From: an uncultured Candidatus Saccharibacteria bacterium
Lineage (GTDB): Bacteria > Patescibacteriota > Saccharimonadia > CAILAD01 > JADZBC01
NCBI GenBank assembly: GCA_964496815.1
Contig: CAZCAO010000003.1
Location: forward strand, 1 to 61,778
DNA length: 61,778 bases
Direction of reading: 5' to 3'
How positions within the stretch are numbered: position 1 is the stretch's first letter; each line of letters starts with the position of its first letter. Shown piece by piece: positions 1-10,343 of the stretch. The notes beneath the pieces are model-generated. The model did not search any database, had not been told where the DNA came from, and saw only the letters and a program-made list of their open reading frames with translations. A program made the translations under genes and the position numbers.

Positions 1-50
1 CAAACGCCCTCCCCGAAAGGAGCGCGTTGGCTCCTCCGGAGAGGGTTGAT

Positions 51-806
51 TCATGGGGTTGAGACTTGCCCATCTTCGCTCAGCGAAGTGAGATTGGTCT
101 CGATGTCTCGCAGCATCTCGAGCTGCTGTCGGTAGTGGTTCAGGCTCTGGATCGAGAACGGGAAGGCACAGATGAGCCCACCGACCACAATCGCCTGACT
201 TTTCTTGCCGTAGAAGGCCCAACCGAGCAGGACTGCCATGGCCTGGAAGAAGAATTTCACCTTGCCGGCCGTTACAGACCCCTCTGGCTCAACCTCGATC
301 CTCCTGGCTACCGTGCCGACTTTCGTGCCCGTCACCAGGACCCGTGCTTCTTGGAGCACGGCGACTGCCAAGACCAGCGAGAGGATCCAGGATCCTTTCT
401 TGTCACGGTGCAGCGACAATGCCAACGCAATCGCGAACAGAGCGAAGAAGAGCTTGTCTGCGATGGGATCGATTGCCTTACCCAGCGTTGTCACGCAGTC
501 AGTGCCGCGTGAAAGCTCTCCGTCAATTCCATCCGTTGAAAGGACGGCAACTGCTGCAACCGCGAGTTTCGCCCGCTCCTTGGTCGACCTCGAGTGGTAG
601 AACCGATACGCCAGCCAGAGCACGCCGACGATGCGGATGCTCGTGACGGTGTTCGGGAGCTGGCGGATATAGATGGGCTTTTTCGTGCCCTCGGGCCACT
701 TGTGGTTAATCCACCGCACAAGGGGGCCCACCAACCAGCGGAAGAACCGCCGAGATGTTTCGGCTCCCCAGTCGGGAAGGCCATGCATCTTTTGCTGAAC
801 GTTCAT
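51..806 (-). CDS. CDP-alcohol phosphatidyltransferase (PgsA/cardiolipin synthase-like), GC-rich
   Basis: PNTVTSIR plus the DGIDGELSR...GKAIDPIAD family motif; several TM segments; AGGAGG SD 4 nt before ATG. Confidence 0.85.
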   Translation of the reverse strand: MNVQQKMHGLPDWGAETSRRFFRWLVGPLVRWINHKWPEGTKKPIYIRQLPNTVTSIRIVGVLWLAYRFYHSRSTKERAKLAVAAVAVLSTDGIDGELSRGTDCVTTLGKAIDPIADKLFFALFAIALALSLHRDKKGSWILSLVLAVAVLQEARVLVTGTKVGTVARRIEVEPEGSVTAGKVKFFFQAMAVLLGWAFYGKKSQAIVVGGLICAFPFSIQSLNHYRQQLEMLRDIETNLTSLSEDGQVSTP

Positions 807-879
807 GGCTCCTCCTAGAGCTCGTCGAATGGGTCAAAGAACGTGCCACTACCTTACAACAGGTTTGGACTATTCTCAA
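807..879 (-). promoter_or_regulatory. sigma70-type promoter (TTGAGA-17-TAAGGT), boxA-like GTTCTTTGA and AGGAGG SD
   Basis: Minus strand: -35 at 874-879, -10 at 851-856, GTTCTTTGA at 834-842, SD at 811-816. Confidence 0.55.
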
Positions 880-949
880 GCTCAAGCAGCACGGGTCTGG
901 CGCCCGGCATGCATAAGCGTTACAATTGTGGAGTAATAAGTAGGCATTC

Positions 950-2218
950 GTGGCATTCAAATTCCCTAAGTTAAAGTCCAGCAAACACAAACAGCCAAAA
1001 GATAAGTACTTGGTGGCGCTTGATATTGGCACGGAGTACGTCAAGGCACTGATTGGCGAAGTTAAGGGCGGTAAGGTAGAGATTATCGGAGTTGGCAGAC
1101 AGCGTCAGCGCCTAACCGATATGGCCAATGGTGCGGTAACCGACATTGCTGGCGTAGTAGAAAACTGCGATGCAGCGCTTAAGCGCGCCGAACAAATGGC
1201 TGGCGTAGTTGGTCGAGATGTGGTGATTGGAATTGCAGGTGAGTTGGTTAAGGGTGGCTCAACGACGATAAGCTATCGACGTGCGCGACCCAACATGCAG
1301 ATTGATGAGACGGAACTCAAAGACATCATAGAGCGTATTCAAAAGGATGCCTTCGAAAAGGTTCGCAAAGAACTCAGCTGGGAAACGGGCTATAAGGAAA
1401 TCGATGTAAAGCTCGTGAATGCAGCAGTGGTGGATGTGTATATCGACGGATACAGAGTGACCAACCCAGTCGGCTTCCAGGGTCGCGATGTCACCATCCA
1501 GATATTCAACGCCTTTGCGCCGATGGTGCATTTAGGCGCGTTACAAACTGTAGCTCGCGATTTGGATCTAAACCTCATTAATATCGCAGCGGAGCCATTT
1601 GCAGTAGCCAAAAGCGTAGGGGCAGATGACTCCACAGAGTTTAGTGCAATATTTATTGACATGGGTGGTGGTACGAGCGACATTGCCGTAGTGAACAATG
1701 GCGGGGTAGAAGGCACCAAGATGTTCGCGATTGCCGGGCGCAGCTTTACCAAACGCATTGCTAGTTCGTTTGGGCTGAGCTTCGAGGAAGCCGAGAAATT
1801 AAAGTTGGAGTATTCGGCAGGTAAATTGAGTGAGAAGAAAACTGACGAGGTAGCTAAAGCCCTCGAAGGCGACATAGACGTATGGCTCAGTGGTGTAGAG
1901 CTTTCATTGCAGGAATTCGATCAACTCGATCATTTGCCAGCGCGGATTATGCTTTGTGGTGGTGCCAGTGCTTTGCCTGAAATCAAGAAGGCATTGAGTT
2001 CGGCTGAGTGGCAGAAGAAGCTACCTTTTGCGCGCAAACCCAAGATTGATTTTGTAAGCCCAAGTGAAGTTAGTCGAGTAGTTGATACTACCGGCAAACT
2101 CGTTAACCAGCAAGACATTACCCCTATGGGCCTGGCCAATTTAGGCCTGGACATTGTCGGGAGTGAGAACTTAAGCGAAAGTATCATACAGCGCTTGAGT
2201 CGAACGCTGAGCTTGTAG
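950..2218 (+). CDS. ftsA: FtsA-family actin-like ATPase
   Basis: LDIGT phosphate-1, AEPFA, DMGGGTSD phosphate-2, LCGGAS adenosine motif, 1C-like insertion, amphipathic C-terminus. Confidence 0.8.
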   Translation: MAFKFPKLKSSKHKQPKDKYLVALDIGTEYVKALIGEVKGGKVEIIGVGRQRQRLTDMANGAVTDIAGVVENCDAALKRAEQMAGVVGRDVVIGIAGELVKGGSTTISYRRARPNMQIDETELKDIIERIQKDAFEKVRKELSWETGYKEIDVKLVNAAVVDVYIDGYRVTNPVGFQGRDVTIQIFNAFAPMVHLGALQTVARDLDLNLINIAAEPFAVAKSVGADDSTEFSAIFIDMGGGTSDIAVVNNGGVEGTKMFAIAGRSFTKRIASSFGLSFEEAEKLKLEYSAGKLSEKKTDEVAKALEGDIDVWLSGVELSLQEFDQLDHLPARIMLCGGASALPEIKKALSSAEWQKKLPFARKPKIDFVSPSEVSRVVDTTGKLVNQQDITPMGLANLGLDIVGSENLSESIIQRLSRTLSL

Positions 2219-2264
2219 CTGAAGGGCATAACTTTTTACATAGTTTTACGTTATAATAATGCTT

Positions 2265-3923
2265 ATGAGTGATGCCGAAATTATTTATCTAGAAGTTGAC
2301 GCCGAGATCACCGAGGCCATCGATAAGCTAAAGAATGCTAAGGGCGAAGCAGTTAAGGTCGTCGTGCCTGCTCGCTCGAGCTTACTGCAGAGTGCTGTGA
2401 ACTTAAAGCTGCTTAAAAAAGCGGCAAAAGACCATAAGAAAGAACTCGCGCTGGTTACGAATGACAAGACGGCGACTTACCTAGCGGCTGGCGTAGGGCT
2501 TGCTGTAGCTGCTAGTCTCAAGGCCGAGCCAAAGGTTCCAGAAGCGATCGAAGAGGCGATCCGTCCAGACATCGTCGAGCAAGAACCAGAGGGCAGTACA
2601 GCTGAAGGTTCGACTAAGAGTAAAAGTAGTGGCTCTGAAAAATCCTCTAGCAGTAAATCTAAAGATGGCACTAAGCCGAAAGATTCTGATGAGCCGGTTG
2701 TAACAAAGCGAGAGATTGGCGATCCTATTGAAGGGGATATTGCTGATAAGGTCACCAAAAAAGGTGCAAAAGTCCCGAATTATAATGACTTTCAGAAGAA
2801 ACTTTGGATTGGGATGGGTGTTTTTGTTGGGATTATCCTGGCGGTAGTCTTAGCGATTACTCTTCCGACTGCTACGTTGACGGTACTCGCTAAAGCCGAC
2901 AAGCTTGGCTTGAATTCGGACTTCATCGTGGACACGTCAGGCGCGCCTACGAATACCGATTCACTTACTTTTGCTGGCACTAAATTGACGTTGCAAAAGG
3001 ATTTGACCCAGAACTTTACTGCTACTGGTAAGAAAGATGTGGGTACTAAGGCGACGGGAGAAGTGACAATCTCTAATGCTTCAAGCTCTGATCCTGTTGG
3101 TATTCCAGCTGGTACAGTGTTATCGAGTCAAGGTAAAAACTTTACCCTTAATGCTGCAACGACAGTGCCAGGTGCAAAACTTCAGGGCGGTAAAATAGTC
3201 CCAGGTAAGGTGAATTCTGCTATTACTGCTTCCACGAATGGAGATGCCTACAATCTCGGAACTACTACATTTGCAGTAGTTGGCTACAATGACAAGGTCA
3301 CTGCTTCTGGTTCTACATCTGGCGGCACATCAAAAACTGTAACCATTGTGTCGCAGTCTGACATCGACGGCGCCAAGCAACAGGCGATAGATACAGCGGC
3401 CAATGCATCAAAAGACGAATTGCTTGCCAAGGCCGATAAAAAGGATGTGGTGTTCGAAGACACCTTCGCGACGACTACTGGCTCGGTTAGCTCCAGCGCC
3501 CCGGTCGATACAGAAGCCGCCAACGGTACGGTTACCGTAAAGGTAACGTACACTGTGGTAACAACGAGTGAAGCGACTGTAAATATACTGCTTGATACAC
3601 TGGCCAAAGACGCCTTACCAGATGGCAATCAGCAGTTGTACCAGAACGGGGCCGACAACGCCAAATATTCATTGCTTCGTGCTGTAAATGATTCACGCTA
3701 TCAGCTCAACGTGAGTGCCGATGCCTACTATGGTAAAAAGATCGATACTGCTCAAATTGCCAAAGCCACTGCCGGTAAGTCCAAAAAGGACGTGACGTCC
3801 ATTGTGCAAAAGGACAACCCAAGTGTTGTGTCTACGCAGGTTAGCAGCAGTCCGTCGCTCATGCCAAATATGCCAGCCCTAGGTAGTCATATCAAAGTTG
3901 TAATCAAGGTGAGTACCGAATAA
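2265..3923 (+). CDS. Membrane-anchored protein with baseplate J/gp47-like external domain
   Basis: N-terminal soluble domain, S/K-rich linker, one TM helix (WIGMGVFVGIILAVVL), then ATGEVTISN..IPAGTVL..F pattern; start set 7 nt after TATAAT. Confidence 0.6.
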   Translation: MSDAEIIYLEVDAEITEAIDKLKNAKGEAVKVVVPARSSLLQSAVNLKLLKKAAKDHKKELALVTNDKTATYLAAGVGLAVAASLKAEPKVPEAIEEAIRPDIVEQEPEGSTAEGSTKSKSSGSEKSSSSKSKDGTKPKDSDEPVVTKREIGDPIEGDIADKVTKKGAKVPNYNDFQKKLWIGMGVFVGIILAVVLAITLPTATLTVLAKADKLGLNSDFIVDTSGAPTNTDSLTFAGTKLTLQKDLTQNFTATGKKDVGTKATGEVTISNASSSDPVGIPAGTVLSSQGKNFTLNAATTVPGAKLQGGKIVPGKVNSAITASTNGDAYNLGTTTFAVVGYNDKVTASGSTSGGTSKTVTIVSQSDIDGAKQQAIDTAANASKDELLAKADKKDVVFEDTFATTTGSVSSSAPVDTEAANGTVTVKVTYTVVTTSEATVNILLDTLAKDALPDGNQQLYQNGADNAKYSLLRAVNDSRYQLNVSADAYYGKKIDTAQIAKATAGKSKKDVTSIVQKDNPSVVSTQVSSSPSLMPNMPALGSHIKVVIKVSTE

Positions 3924-3925
3924 GC

Positions 3926-4342
3926 GTGGACCGCAGGTCTCAAGTAATCCTTGCCTTTGATTACGGCAGCAAGCGAATTGGCGTATCGCTCTATAATCCA
4001 GAAAAGGGTGCTCCTGTGGCTCTAACCACGATCACGGCTGGTCCGCAGATGTGGAGCGAAGTACAACACCTTACATTGCAGCATCGGGCCGGTATGTTTG
4101 TAGTTGGTTGGCCACGCGGACTCGATGGTCAGCATACCCAGCAAACATACGTGGCGGAGCAATTCGCAGAAGATTTAAAGAAGCGGTATGATAAGGAAGT
4201 TGTGCTGCAAGATGAAGTCCTCACGAGCGAGGAAGCTCGTAAGCGACTCGATCCAAAGCTCCCAATTCGTAAGCAGCGGGAGCAGATTGATGCAATAGCT
4301 GCACAAATAATTCTGGAGGACTATCTACGTGAAGCAAAGTAA
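3926..4342 (+). CDS. ruvX: YqgF/RuvX RNase H-fold nuclease (pre-16S rRNA processing)
   Basis: LAFDYGSKRIGVS, VVGWP, QDEVLTS, IDAIAAQIILEDYL. Confidence 0.9.
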   Translation: MDRRSQVILAFDYGSKRIGVSLYNPEKGAPVALTTITAGPQMWSEVQHLTLQHRAGMFVVGWPRGLDGQHTQQTYVAEQFAEDLKKRYDKEVVLQDEVLTSEEARKRLDPKLPIRKQREQIDAIAAQIILEDYLREAK

Positions 4343-5336
4343 ACAGATTATGCTAGGCATAGCAGGAGTGCTGGCGGTTGGTTCGGCATTATTAGTTAGC
4401 TTATGGCTATTTAGCGTGTATGTGCCACAAAACAGTCAAACTACAAAGTCGGTGATCGTGCAGGTTGCCCCCGGCGATTCCGTTGCGCAAATCGGGCAGA
4501 AGCTACGCCAGGATGATTTGGTCTCATCGGCCTTTATTTTTACCCTCTACGCACGGTTTAGCGGTAAGGGTGACAGGCTCATACCTGGCACATACGCGCT
4601 CAAGGGTAGTATGAACATTCCTCAGATCGTGGATTACTTTGCGAGCGGTCGAGTAGCGGCCCGCAAGGTCGTCGTCCCAGAGGGCTATACCGTGGCAAAG
4701 ATTAGTAAATTATGGAATCAAACTGGCTTTGGCGCATCTGATGAATTTGTTCGGGCTGCTAGCAAACAATACGATTACGACTTTTTGCCCCAGCCGAGCA
4801 AAGCTGTGAAGTATCAGGTCGAAGGATATCTATTCCCCGCGACGTATCAGGTGAGTGTGAATGCAACTGCCGAGAGCTTCATTCGCCAAATGCTCGACGC
4901 ATTCGAAGCGCAAGCAGCCCCGGTTATTAAGGCAAATAACACCAGTGGGCTTAAGAGTATGTCAGAAGTTGTGACGCTGGCGTCTGTGGTCGAGCTGGAA
5001 GCTAATGATGCAGTTAACCGAGCGAAAGTCGCCCAGGTGTTCTTGAATAGGTTAGCCAAAGGCATACCGCTACAGAGTGATGTGACGGTTAATTACGCCA
5101 CAGGCAAGAGCAATACCGCCGCGTCAGACATCGTGACGAAGTCTCCATATAATACCTATGTTGTCGCTGCTTTGCCGCCAGGACCGATTTGTAGTCCTGG
5201 AATTGAGGCTATTGAGGCCGTTCTAAAGCCCACCAAGACCGATGATTTGTTCTTTCTGGCAGGTCGCGACGGTCAGGTGTATTACGCCAAAACCCTCCAG
5301 GAGCACAATAAAAACATCGAACGCTACTTAAAGTAG
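4329..5336 (+). CDS. mltG: Endolytic transglycosylase MltG
   Basis: N-terminal TM; EGYLFPATY, LASVVELE, NRL..GIPLQSD, SPYNTY...LPPGPICSPG. Confidence 0.92.
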   Translation: MKQSKQIMLGIAGVLAVGSALLVSLWLFSVYVPQNSQTTKSVIVQVAPGDSVAQIGQKLRQDDLVSSAFIFTLYARFSGKGDRLIPGTYALKGSMNIPQIVDYFASGRVAARKVVVPEGYTVAKISKLWNQTGFGASDEFVRAASKQYDYDFLPQPSKAVKYQVEGYLFPATYQVSVNATAESFIRQMLDAFEAQAAPVIKANNTSGLKSMSEVVTLASVVELEANDAVNRAKVAQVFLNRLAKGIPLQSDVTVNYATGKSNTAASDIVTKSPYNTYVVAALPPGPICSPGIEAIEAVLKPTKTDDLFFLAGRDGQVYYAKTLQEHNKNIERYLK

Positions 5337-5628
5337 TGCCTTTTAGCCTATATATAAGATAAAACGTCGTCTTGACGACCCATTTGAAGCGTGCTAGACT
5401 TACTGAGTAACTTTGCAAAGCATAAGCGTATAGACACTTATGGGGAGCAAACGAGCCTGCACCAGTTTGTCAGATTAGGAGTTTTAACGAAACAAAGGTC
5501 GAACCCTCCGGTCCTGGAATAAACCAGGAGAAGGACAAACCGCAGTATTAACGCAGCACCTTCAGACATTCCACATGCGTTAGAGGAGATGCTTTATTAG
5601 TAGAAAAGCACTTGGCCTCACCTTAAGA

Positions 5629-6798
5629 GTGCGTCACGAATCGTTCGTTGGCGTGGGACGAAGCCATACTTTTTCGAAAATAAAAACTCAGCACACTGCG
5701 GCTCAATTGAACTCAGTTGTGCAAAATAAAACTCGAATTTCTCAGGCTCAAACTGGCCTAACCGAAAAATTACAATTAGACGCCCTTAAAAAGAAGGGAA
5801 GTGAACACAAAGCTGGTTTTGCGCGATTTGGTGTACATGCTGCTATTTTGGCAACTGTAGCTAGTTTCGTCGTGGCTGGTAAATATACCCCTACATTTGC
5901 TCAGGTGGGTGGTAGTGGCGCGGCTGTATCGGCGATTGATCAGACTTCAGAACTAACTACCGGTGCTGTAGTAGCGACGGCTACCAATAGCGTTATTAAG
6001 GCCGACGTGGCGGAGATTGCAAATACGGCGAGCTCTCAGGTGTATTTAGCGACTGCCGGTGATGGCTTCCTAGCGAAAAAGCAGCCCATGCAAGCCGCAG
6101 TGCAGACTCGCGAAGTAAGCAGCTATACCGTGAAGAACGGCGATACGCTTTGGAGTATCTCATCGCAGTTCAACATTACGACCGATACGATTAAGTGGGC
6201 GAATGACCTGGATGAGAACAGCGTGCTTCGACCAGGCACTAAGCTGACGATTCTACCCGTTAACGGTGTTCTCTACACTGCCAAAGGCGGGGAGAGTCTC
6301 TCGGCCCTTGCTACACGCTACCAGGCCAATGCTACTTTGATTGATAGTTTTAATGACTTGCAGGGTGCTGCCCCGAGTGAAGGTATGAAGCTGATTATTC
6401 CAGACGGTGTTATGCCTCAAGTTGCGGCAGCAGGTGCTCCATCGACACCAGCAGTTCGTATAGCTGCTGCTACGCCAGCGCCAGCTTTCTCATACCGAGG
6501 TAATGGTAATGGCTATACACCAGGCCAGTGTACATGGTATGTGGCATCTCGGCGTGCTGTTCCCGGCAACTGGGGTAATGCTATTAGTTGGTACTATAAT
6601 GCGCAAGCGAGTGGTTACGCAGTTGGTGCTGTGCCACGAGCAGGTGCCATCGGCTGGGAGCGCAGTAACCACGTAGTGTACGTTGAGTCTGTGAATCCTG
6701 ATGGTTCAGTTAACATCTCCGAGATGAACTTTAACTACCAAGCCGGTGTATTGCATCGCCGTACGACATCTCCAAGTCAGTTCCTCTATATCTACTAG
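5629..6798 (+). CDS. LysM-repeat + CHAP peptidoglycan hydrolase
   Basis: Two LysM repeats (YTVKNGDTLWSISSQF) and a CHAP domain (GQCTWYV, WGNA, HVVYVE, ISEMN); exact start uncertain. Confidence 0.88.
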   Translation: MRHESFVGVGRSHTFSKIKTQHTAAQLNSVVQNKTRISQAQTGLTEKLQLDALKKKGSEHKAGFARFGVHAAILATVASFVVAGKYTPTFAQVGGSGAAVSAIDQTSELTTGAVVATATNSVIKADVAEIANTASSQVYLATAGDGFLAKKQPMQAAVQTREVSSYTVKNGDTLWSISSQFNITTDTIKWANDLDENSVLRPGTKLTILPVNGVLYTAKGGESLSALATRYQANATLIDSFNDLQGAAPSEGMKLIIPDGVMPQVAAAGAPSTPAVRIAAATPAPAFSYRGNGNGYTPGQCTWYVASRRAVPGNWGNAISWYYNAQASGYAVGAVPRAGAIGWERSNHVVYVESVNPDGSVNISEMNFNYQAGVLHRRTTSPSQFLYIY

Positions 6799-6817
6799 AA
6801 CATTCTAAGGTTCTCGC

Positions 6818-6851
6818 AATAAACACCCCGAATCTTCCTGGGGTGTTTATT
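6818..6851 (+). terminator. Intrinsic terminator, probably bidirectional
   Basis: AATAAACACCCC / GGGGTGTTTATT 12-bp perfect stem. Confidence 0.8.
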
Positions 6852-6870
6852 GTTAGGGTACAATAGATAA

Positions 6871-9021
6871 GTGACTATTCTCGATGAACTTAATCAAGCA
6901 CAGCAATTAGCCGCCACTACGGTGGACGGACCAGTATTGATGTTGGCCGGTGCAGGTAGCGGTAAGACCAAGACGCTGACCCACCGGATTGCCTACTTAC
7001 TTATTGAAAAAGCCGTACCACCATCGAACATCCTGGCGGTGACGTTTACGAACAAAGCAGCCGCTGAAATGCGCGAACGTATCTCCAGGCTCATGGGGGT
7101 TGATGCAAATTCACGAACCTTTTTGCCGTTCCTGGGTACGTTTCATGCCGTGGCCAATAAGATTTTACGCCGTGAAGTTGCGGTTCTGGGATACCCAAGT
7201 AACTTTCTAATTTATGATACAGCTGATAGCCAGGCGGTTCTTAAACAGATTTTGCGTTCCAGGCATTTGGACGAGAAGATGTATAGCCCAGGACTGATGC
7301 TGAATTTGATCTCGTCGGCCAAAAACGAACTTATGAGCCCTGCTCAATATCGAGATGTTGCTTCTGGTAAGATACAGGAAATGGCAGCGGATATTTACCC
7401 CGCTTATCAAGCTGCGCTTAAAGAGGCTGGTGCAATGGACTTTGATGACATGATTATGATCCTTGTGCGGCTGCTTCGAGAGAATAGCGACATATTGAAG
7501 AAGTATCAGGATCAGTTTCGCTATATTATGGTGGATGAGTATCAGGATACGAATCATGCACAGTATCAACTAATTCGCATGCTGGCCGCGGGGCACAGCA
7601 ATATTTGCGTGGTCGGCGATGACTGGCAGAGCATTTACTCCTGGCGCGGCGCTAATTATGAAAACATCCTAAACTTTGAAAAAGATTATCCACAAGCCCA
7701 AGTGGTTAAACTAGAGCAAAACTATCGATCAACGCAGACTATTCTGGATGGCGCGCATAGCGTCATAACCAAAAATACAGCCCGCAGTGAGAAGAAGCTC
7801 TGGACTGATTTGGGTGTCGGCGAAAAAATTATTTGCGAGACAGTGAGTGATGAGCAGGCTGAAGGCAGATTTGTGATTGATACAATTCAGCAGTTGCGAC
7901 GTGCAGATTCGGCTTTGCGCCTGAGTGACTTCGCAGTGCTATATAGAACCAATGCCCAGTCACGTAGCTTAGAAGAAGCCTTCCTCCGCTACAACGTACC
8001 ATACCAAATCATTGGCGGAGTGCGGTTTTACGAGCGTAAGGAAATCAAGGACATCTTGGCCTACCTTAGGTTTTTGTATCAGCCCAATGACCTGGTGAGT
8101 TTGGCGCGAGTGATCAATTTGCCGCCACGAGGCCTTGGCGACACGAGCCTGAATAAGTTCTTTGCTTATGTACGTGGTAATGGCGTGGCAGTTTCCGATG
8201 TGCTGTCTGACCCAGTCCAGGTTGATGGTCTAACACCACGGGCATGCAAGAGTTTTGAACAGTTCGGCACGCTGGTGGACGGCTTACGGTCCGACATCGA
8301 GCGGCTGAGTTTAAGCGATCTTATAGAGGCAGTACTAAGACGTAGCGGTTACCAAGAATGGCTGAGTGATGGCAGTGCGATAGGTGAAGATAGGCTGGAG
8401 AACCTCCAGGAGTTTATTGGGGTGGCAAAGTCCTATGATCACTTAGGCCTGGAAGACTTCTTGACCGAGATTGCCTTGATTGCTGATGTCGATCAATACA
8501 AGGGAGACGCCGATACAGTTACTCTAATGACATTACATGCTGCAAAAGGCTTGGAGTTCAACACTGTTTTTATGGTTGGTATGGAGGAAGGGATTTTTCC
8601 TCATTCTAGAACGTTCTTTGAACCCTCGGAGCTCGAGGAGGAGAGACGGCTTTGTTATGTAGGTATGACGCGTGCTAAGCAGAGATTGTATATGGTGAGT
8701 GCAATGAGTCGCATGCTCTACGGCACGAGTCAGCATAACGTTCCCTCGCGCTTTCTCAGCGATATACCACGTGATTTGGTTGTGGTTACGGCTCCGCAGC
8801 CACAGAGTTCTGCCTCGGCCTTTTCAAGTTTCATGCAGCAGGATGAAAGCTCTAAAGCAACCAGAGCGATCCCGGAGCTGAGTGCAGGAGATAGAGTCGG
8901 CCACCCTGCATTCGGGAGTGGTACCGTAGTCAGTCTAGAGGATTATGAGGCAATTGTGATGTTTGATGGAGTTGGTCGTAAGGCACTCAATTTAGAATAT
9001 GCCCCCTTGCGCAAGCTGTAG
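6871..9021 (+). CDS. pcrA: ATP-dependent DNA helicase PcrA/UvrD
   Basis: AGAGSGKT, VDEYQDTN, VGDDWQSIYSWRGA, YRTNAQSR, TLHAAKGLEF, EEERRLCYVGMTRA, C-terminal Tudor-like tail. Confidence 0.96.
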   Translation: MTILDELNQAQQLAATTVDGPVLMLAGAGSGKTKTLTHRIAYLLIEKAVPPSNILAVTFTNKAAAEMRERISRLMGVDANSRTFLPFLGTFHAVANKILRREVAVLGYPSNFLIYDTADSQAVLKQILRSRHLDEKMYSPGLMLNLISSAKNELMSPAQYRDVASGKIQEMAADIYPAYQAALKEAGAMDFDDMIMILVRLLRENSDILKKYQDQFRYIMVDEYQDTNHAQYQLIRMLAAGHSNICVVGDDWQSIYSWRGANYENILNFEKDYPQAQVVKLEQNYRSTQTILDGAHSVITKNTARSEKKLWTDLGVGEKIICETVSDEQAEGRFVIDTIQQLRRADSALRLSDFAVLYRTNAQSRSLEEAFLRYNVPYQIIGGVRFYERKEIKDILAYLRFLYQPNDLVSLARVINLPPRGLGDTSLNKFFAYVRGNGVAVSDVLSDPVQVDGLTPRACKSFEQFGTLVDGLRSDIERLSLSDLIEAVLRRSGYQEWLSDGSAIGEDRLENLQEFIGVAKSYDHLGLEDFLTEIALIADVDQYKGDADTVTLMTLHAAKGLEFNTVFMVGMEEGIFPHSRTFFEPSELEEERRLCYVGMTRAKQRLYMVSAMSRMLYGTSQHNVPSRFLSDIPRDLVVVTAPQPQSSASAFSSFMQQDESSKATRAIPELSAGDRVGHPAFGSGTVVSLEDYEAIVMFDGVGRKALNLEYAPLRKL

Positions 9022-9068
9022 GATGTAATCTTGTAGCAATACAACTATGATGCTATAATGTCAATATT

Positions 9069-10343
9069 ATGTTTACTGATAACGTGACAATCAAAGTAGT
9101 TGCCGGCCGGGGCGGTAATGGCAAGCTTAGCTTTCGTTCGCAGCACGGTCAGGCCAAAGGCGGACCAGATGGTGGTAATGGCGGTAATGGCGGTGACGTT
9201 ATCCTCAGGGCCGATAGCAATAATTCGACGTTGTCGAAATTTCGCTCCGCTAAGTTATGGAAGGCTGAAAACGGCGTTGACGGGGGATCGAACGAGCGGC
9301 GTGGTCGAAACGCCGATGACCTTGTGCTGACTGTGCTACCTGGCACAAGCGTGTACGCTGAAGGTGTTTTGTTGGCCGATCTCGTCAATGAAGGTGATGA
9401 GGCAGTTATTGCGCACGGCGGCCGGGGCGGCTTTGGTAATGCCCACTTTACTTCCTCGACGCGGCAGGCACCGAAGTTTGCAGAATTAGGTGAGCCTGGC
9501 GAGGAAAAAGAGCTTCAGCTTGAGCTTAAACTCGTTGCCGACGTTGGCTTGGTTGGCTTACCAAATGCCGGTAAGTCTACATTGTTGAGCGTCATTTCTA
9601 ATGCCCGCCCGCAGATTGCAGATTATCCATTCACAACTTTGGTGCCAAATTTAGGCGTAGTCGATATGGATAAACAAACGTTTCTAGTGGCAGATATCCC
9701 TGGATTAATCGAAGGCGCTGCCGAAGGCAAAGGATTGGGTGATGAATTCTTGCGGCATGTCGAGCGCACAAAAGTACTTATTCATTTGATCGATGCTTCG
9801 AGTGAAGATGTCGCGGCTGCTTACAAAACAATTCAGAATGAGCTCAAGAGCTATCGTGTGGATCTATCGGCATTGCCGCAGGTGATCGTGCTCAACAAAA
9901 TCGACGCCCTTGATGAGTCTGGATTGGCCGCAAAGCGTACCCAGCTTGCCAAGGCAGCTAAGTGCAAGGCAGCGGACGTGTATACTATTTCAGCAGTGGC
10001 TAAGACAAACCTAGATATGCTTTTGCGCCATGTGCTGGCTGTGGTTGCGCAGCAAAAAGCCGCCAACAAGCTTGAGGATGAGCAGGCCGAGGAGGCCATG
10101 CCGGTCATTCGGCTCGAAAATGCCGATGAGTTTTGGCAGGTTAGCAAAAACGACGCCGGAGAGTTTGAGGTAGTTGGTGCTGTGCTCGAAGGCTTTGCCA
10201 GGCGTAGCAACCTATCGCAATGGCAGGCCAAGGACAGACTGATTGATATTATGAAAAAGAAAGGCGTTCTGCGTGAAATTCGACGCCAAGGCGGTGCCGA
10301 AGGGGCGAAGATTCGGATTGCCGGAAAGACTCTGGAATGGTAA
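9069..10343 (+). CDS. obgE: GTPase ObgE with C-terminal OCT domain
   Basis: Gly-rich Obg fold, GLPNAGKST, DIPG, NKID. Confidence 0.96.
   Translation: MFTDNVTIKVVAGRGGNGKLSFRSQHGQAKGGPDGGNGGNGGDVILRADSNNSTLSKFRSAKLWKAENGVDGGSNERRGRNADDLVLTVLPGTSVYAEGVLLADLVNEGDEAVIAHGGRGGFGNAHFTSSTRQAPKFAELGEPGEEKELQLELKLVADVGLVGLPNAGKSTLLSVISNARPQIADYPFTTLVPNLGVVDMDKQTFLVADIPGLIEGAAEGKGLGDEFLRHVERTKVLIHLIDASSEDVAAAYKTIQNELKSYRVDLSALPQVIVLNKIDALDESGLAAKRTQLAKAAKCKAADVYTISAVAKTNLDMLLRHVLAVVAQQKAANKLEDEQAEEAMPVIRLENADEFWQVSKNDAGEFEVVGAVLEGFARRSNLSQWQAKDRLIDIMKKKGVLREIRRQGGAEGAKIRIAGKTLEW

Noticed and set aside
9110-9195. GGCGGTAAT tandem repeats
   Set aside because: They encode the normal Gly-rich Obg fold.
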